Source: Mobula birostris
Taxonomy: Eukaryota
Direction: 5' to 3'
DNA length: 64,000 nucleotides
NCBI RefSeq assembly: GCF_030028105.1
Contig: NC_092379.1
Coordinates: 22,745,130-22,809,129, forward strand
Part shown: positions 59,246 to 64,000 of the stretch, piece by piece
How positions within the stretch are numbered: position 1 is the first letter of the stretch
How the letters are laid out: each line of letters begins with the position of its first letter
Notes under the pieces: model-generated
Database searches by the model: none
What the model was told of the DNA's origin: nothing
The model's input: only the letters and a program-made list of their open reading frames with translations
Translations under genes and position numbers: made by a program

Positions 59246-60589
59246 GAGTGATGCTGGACAGCAAGTGTTGTGGACAGCAAGAAAGACTATCAGAGCTTGT
59301 AGTGGGATCTGGGCCAGTTGGTAAAATAGTCTGAAAAATGGCTGATGGAATTTAATGCAGACAAGTGCAAGGTGTTGCACTTAGGTAGGACCAGCTGAGG
59401 TAGGTCTTACACAGTGAACGATGGGACACTGAGGAGTGCAGTAGAACAAAGAGATGTGGGAACACAGGTTCATAATTAATTGAAAATGGAGGCACAGGTA
59501 GATAGGATCATAATGAAATCTTTTGGCATACTGGCCTTCATAAATCAAAGTACTGAGTACAGGAGATGGGGTGTTATGTTAAAGTTGTATAAGACATTCT
59601 TGAGGCCTAATTTGAATTGAATTGAATTGAATTGACTTTATTACCTACATCCTTCATATACATGAGGAGGAAAAATCTTTACCTGTTCAGCTTTGGTCAC
59701 ATCTGCAGGAAAGGTGTAAATAAGCTTGAAAGAGTACAGGGAAGGTTTAAGAGGATGCAGCCAGGACTGAGAAACTGAGTTATAAGGAAAGATTACACAG
59801 GTTAGGACTTTATTCCTTGCAACGTAGAAGGTTGAGGGGAGATTTGATGGCGGTATAGAAAATTATCAGGGGTATAGATAGGGTAAATGCAAGCAGGCTT
59901 TTTCCACTGAGGTTGGCTGGAACTACAACTAGAGATCATGGGTTAAGAGTGAAAGGTGAAATGTTTAAGGGAAACCTGAGGGGAAATTTCTTCACTCAGA
60001 GTTTTGTGAGAGTGTGGAATGAACTGCCAGAGCAAGTGGTGCTTGCAAGCTCAATTTCAATGTTTAAGACAAGTTTGGATGGTTACATGGATGGGAGGGG
60101 TATGAAGGGCAATGGTCTGGGTGCAAGTCAATGGGACTTGGCAGCTCAAATGGCTCGGCACAGACCAGATGGGCCAAAGGGCCTGTTTCTGTGCTGTACT
60201 TTTCTGTGACTCTGTGACTGTCAGACAATGACCAAGACCAGACAGTTTGTGTCTGCATTGCTTGCAGTTGACAAGAATCCAGATTTCTGGACAAACATAT
60301 CAGATGTAAAAGGGGCACGAGAGGGTAGATGTTGGGAGAATTTCACCTGTCATACAGCAACGAACAAGGGGACAGAGTTACAAAGTAAGGAGCAGGACAT
60401 TTGAAACTGTGGTGCAGAGATTTCTTCCCTCAGATGGAATGAATTCCCAGAAATCTCAGCCCAGAAGATGGAATCTGGTGGTCTGCACTTCCTCCTGTTT
60501 TCTTCTTGTGAGTTCAGTGGAGACAGAGACAGAGAGGATTAGAAGAAGAGACAAAGGATGAGACCAGAACTATGCAAATAAAGAAATAG

Positions 60590-62870
60590 GTGTGTTGGAC
60601 CCAGGATTGATCTTCAAAGATTTTGACACCCAGGAACTTGAAACTGCTCAACCTTTCCACTGCTGATCCCTCAATGAAGACTGATGTGTGTTCCTATGAC
60701 TTCCCCTTCCTGAAGTCTGCAATCAATTGCTTCGTCTTACCGACGTTGAAAGTAAGGTTGTTGTTGAAACGCCATGAACCCAACTGATCTATCCTGCTCT
60801 TGTATGCCTCCTCATCACCCTGAAACTCAGCCCACAATAGCTCAACAGTAAATTTATAAATGCCACTTGAGTTCTACCTAGTCGCACCGTTGTGGGTGCA
60901 GAGAGAGTAGAGCAGTGGGTTAAGCACACATCCTTGACGTGCTCCAGTGTTGATTGTCAGTGAGGAGGAGATGCTCATTCAGATCCACACTGACTGTGGT
61001 CTCCCAGTGAGGATGTCAATGATCCAGTTGTGGAGGGTGGTCTGGAGGCCCAGCTTTTGGAGTTTGTTGATTTGAACTGAGGTTATGATTGTGTTGAACA
61101 CTGAGCTGTAATCAGTAAACAACATCCGGACGTTCAGCAGGTATTGTTATTGTCCAGGTGATCCAAGGCCGAGTGGAGAGCCAGTTAGATTCCATCTGCT
61201 GTAGACCTATTGTGGCAACAGGCAAATTGCAGTGGGTCCAGGTCCTTGCTTAAGCAGGAGTTGATTCTGGCCGTGACCACCCTCTCAAAGCATTTCCTCA
61301 CAGTAGATGTGGGTGCAACTGAGCGATAGTCATTGAGACAGCTCACCCTGCTCTTCTTGGGCACTGGTATGATTCTCACTCTTTTGAAACAGATGGGAAC
61401 CTCTGACTGCAGCAGTGAGATATTGAAGATGTTCCTGAACACTCCCACCAGTTGGTTGCACAGGTTTTCAATTCCGTACCAGGCACAGCATCAGGGCCTG
61501 ATTCAGTGTGAGGATTCACCCTCTTGAAAGCTGCTCTGACGTTGGCATCCGAGACAGAGATGACAGGGTCACCAGACACTGCAAGGATTCACCCACATGT
61601 AGTTTCATTCTCCATTTCAAAGTGTGCTTAAATGGCGTTGAGCTCATCTGGGAATGAAGCATCACTGCCATTCATGTTGTTTGGTTTCACCTTGTAGGAA
61701 GTAATGGCCTGAAAAGTCTGCCAGAGCTGAAGGGATCTGATTCCTTCTCTAAGTTCAATTGGAATTGTTCAAAGGTTCATTATTATCAAAGCCTGTATCC
61801 ACATACAACTTGAAATTTGTGTTCTCCAGATAGCCACAAAAAGACAGGCATCGGCGATGAAACTGTCGCTCACTTAATGGATGCTTTAAATGGCGAAATG
61901 GAGTCAATCGTCGGCTCACACGCTGTCTTGAAGTTTCATTGCATCAAAGCCATCTGAGTACATACTCGGAATCTTTTTGGAGATAGCAAAGCACTGGATC
62001 ACTGAAACAATATCCAATCTAAATCACAGTCTCGAAATCTAACAGTCTGAGAAACATATTTAAGGAGAAAAACAGACGCAAAGGACCAGAAAAGGATATT
62101 TTTGTGAGCTATCTGGAAGACGTTGACTGAGGGAGCATTGCACTCTGGCACCATCTTAACCAGTAGCCTACCGCAGTTCGTATCTGGGCTTCTTGTCCTA
62201 TGTTGAGTCACCAGCCTAGACTGCCATAAATCGAGGCCTCAGCAGAGTACAAATCTCCAGGTCCATCCACAGCTTTTGGTTTGGGATATCCGGGATGTTC
62301 TCGAAGGGACACACTCATCCACACAGGTCTTGATGAAATCAGTGACAACTGTGGCATATTCATCAGATTGGAAGAAAGGTCTCTGAATATTGTCTAGTTC
62401 ACCAGCTCAAACTCCTGTAAGCGCACTTGTGACTTCCTTGACCATATCTTCTTGGTCCTTACTACCAGCACTGTGGTCTTTAGTCTCTGCCTATATGCTG
62501 GGAGTTGAAGTACAGCCAGGTGATTGGCCTCACCAAAGTGTGGCCATGTGCTGGCACGGTAACCGTTGTTGATGGTGGTATCACAGTGGTCAAGTGTTGG
62601 CTCCTCTGGTTCCACAGGAGATATGTTAGTGGTCATTGTTCAGAGAGATCTTCAAGATGTCGTGGTTCAAATCCAGGTGTGCTATTTCGTGTCTACTGAT
62701 CACAGTGCTCAGCTCTTCCAGTGACTGTCCGATGCTGGCCTGAGGTGGCTGCCCCCACACCATGCCTGGATCTGCTGTAGACTAATGGACTGAAATTGTT
62801 TGCAATCATTCATCAACAACTTCATTATCACTGTGTCATGTGACAGGGGACTGAACCCAGCAGGATTTAA
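60590..62870 (-). mobile_element. Rex/Babar-like LINE, degenerate, interrupted at ~61740-62220
   Basis: ORF 61185-61448 (IIPVPKK..CLNDYRSVAPTSTVRKCFER..LDPLQFA..NRSTAD). Confidence 0.75.
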
Positions 62871-63513
62871 TCGTGAGCAGTGCCCTGCAATGATCTTTGT
62901 CGGCCCTGCAACTATTCACTGATATTACTAATGATGTGGATGATGGGACACAAAGCCATGTCTATGGAACAAAGTGAGATCATTGACTGGGGCAGGCAAG
63001 TGACAGAGATGAAAAGAGAGATTTTTCATGAGGGATTCGAAAGTCAGTATCAGAATTTTCAATCTGGAGGAATCCCAGGATCAGTCTGAACAGATATGAG
63101 GCAGCTCATTGATTCAGGTCAATGTCACAAATGGATCTACAGACTCTCACCTGCACTGAGACAAGAAGATTGCAGGAAATGCTGTCTTTGATCAGAAACT
63201 GCATTTCTCATTGCAATTCACAGCTCCAATAGCACATTTTATTGGCATTCTAGCAGCTAAATGTCATGTAGCTGGGCAAATGTCCCACAGTTCAAGCTGT
63301 GACCCAACTGGGTCCCGATGAAATAAGCTCCTTGATGTTTGATTTTGTTTTCTCAGTCAGAGGTTGTAAGCAGAGATGAGCAACCCACTCTGTAAACAAA
63401 CCTGATTTCATTCCGTTGTACAATTCTGCACAGGATAAGTCTGAGCTGAAGTTGTCAAGCCAGCTGACGGCAGATATTGTCCAGTTTGTAAATTTTCTAT
63501 TTCTAATCTACAG

Positions 63514-63816
63514 AGTTGTCTGTCTTTATCCAAAATCCCTCCATTGAAGAGATGTGGATCAACCAGACCGCTACTCTGGTGTGTATGATTGTGGGTGCTG
63601 ATCTGAGCCAGGTCCAAATCCACTGGAAGGTGAATGAGAGGGAGAAAATCAAAGCAAATGTCACCAAAAAACTGAGAGAGGAAGGAACCCAAGACACAGT
63701 GATCAGCCAACTCCAGGCCAGTGTGGAGGAGTGGACCAGTGGGGTGGAGTACACTTGCTCTGCCCAACAACCTTCTGCAACCTCACCAGTATCAGCACGG
63801 ACAAAAAGTACCAAAG
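63514..63816 (+). CDS. IgW: Second CH3-like exon (provisional CH7)
   Basis: 303 nt, phase 1/1, open: LSVFIQNPSIEEMW..LVCMIV..IHW..EEWTSGVEYTCSAQ; roughly half the residues identical to CH3. Confidence 0.92.
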
Positions 63817-63899
63817 GTGGGCAAGAGGTCAGCGATTAAAATGGACAACGTTGGTTACCTCAGTAAAAATGTTTGACATTTCCATTGTTTGCCCATCAG

Positions 63900-64000
63900 T
63901 TCCACTGGAGACAAAAGGTCCCAAAGTCAGACTGCTGCCACCGCCAGAGGGAGAGACCAAGATTGGGAACACGGTCACCCTCGAGTGTGTTGCTTCTGGA
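63900..64000 (+). CDS. IgW: Second CH4-like exon (provisional CH8), cut by the window end
   Basis: catcAG| VPLETKGPKVRLLPPPEGETKIGNTVTLECVASG. Confidence 0.9.

Larger units (their letters stand above)
57915..60210 (+). mobile_element. Degenerate, internally deleted CR1 LINE
   Basis: ORF1 end (DGLHL), endonuclease remnants (KADELRA..WNYDMVTISETWL), RT C-terminus, CR1 3' tail near 60180-60210. Confidence 0.75.

Noticed and set aside
61850-62220. Insert inside the Rex-like LINE as a DNA transposon
   Set aside because: No terminal inverted repeats, TSD or transposase motif that I can identify; left unclassified.
51100-63500. IgW transmembrane exons
   Set aside because: No CART-type TM sequence (..FxxLFLLSxxYS..) found; presumably beyond the window end.

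Overview
Vertebrate genomic DNA, by inference from a cartilaginous fish (shark/ray/skate). The first ~40 kb holds no host gene I can identify and is a stack of retroelements: CR1, Rex/Babar-like and RTE LINEs, Penelope fragments with hammerhead-like ends, SINEs, a solo LTR, an 8.1-kb class I (epsilon-like) endogenous retrovirus on the minus strand (11580-19725), and an internally deleted Gmr1-type Gypsy element (28387-33413). From ~41 kb onward the + strand carries one unrearranged cluster-type immunoglobulin heavy-chain minilocus of the IgW (skate IgX-like) class. Its order is leader, V, D1, D2, J, CH1, CH2, short secretory exon, CH3, CH4, CH5, CH6+tailpiece, polyA, then a second CH3/CH4-like exon pair running off the window. 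The main result: CH1 alone is destroyed (two in-frame stops, a -1 frameshift, a 249-bp SINE insertion) while every other exon and RSS is open. The single V also has camelid-VHH-like framework-2 residues (MGWAKQVSGSERECLA: A37/E44/R45/C47 in place of V37/G44/L45/W47), and D1 encodes Cys in two of three frames. Together these suggest a light-chain-independent, heavy-chain-only antibody derived from IgW, convergent with camelid HCAb and distinct from IgNAR. That is an inference: a decaying pseudogene cluster is the main alternative, and transcript and protein data are needed. TE boundaries are approximate unless a TSD or LTR end is cited. Family calls come from recalled motifs, not database searches.
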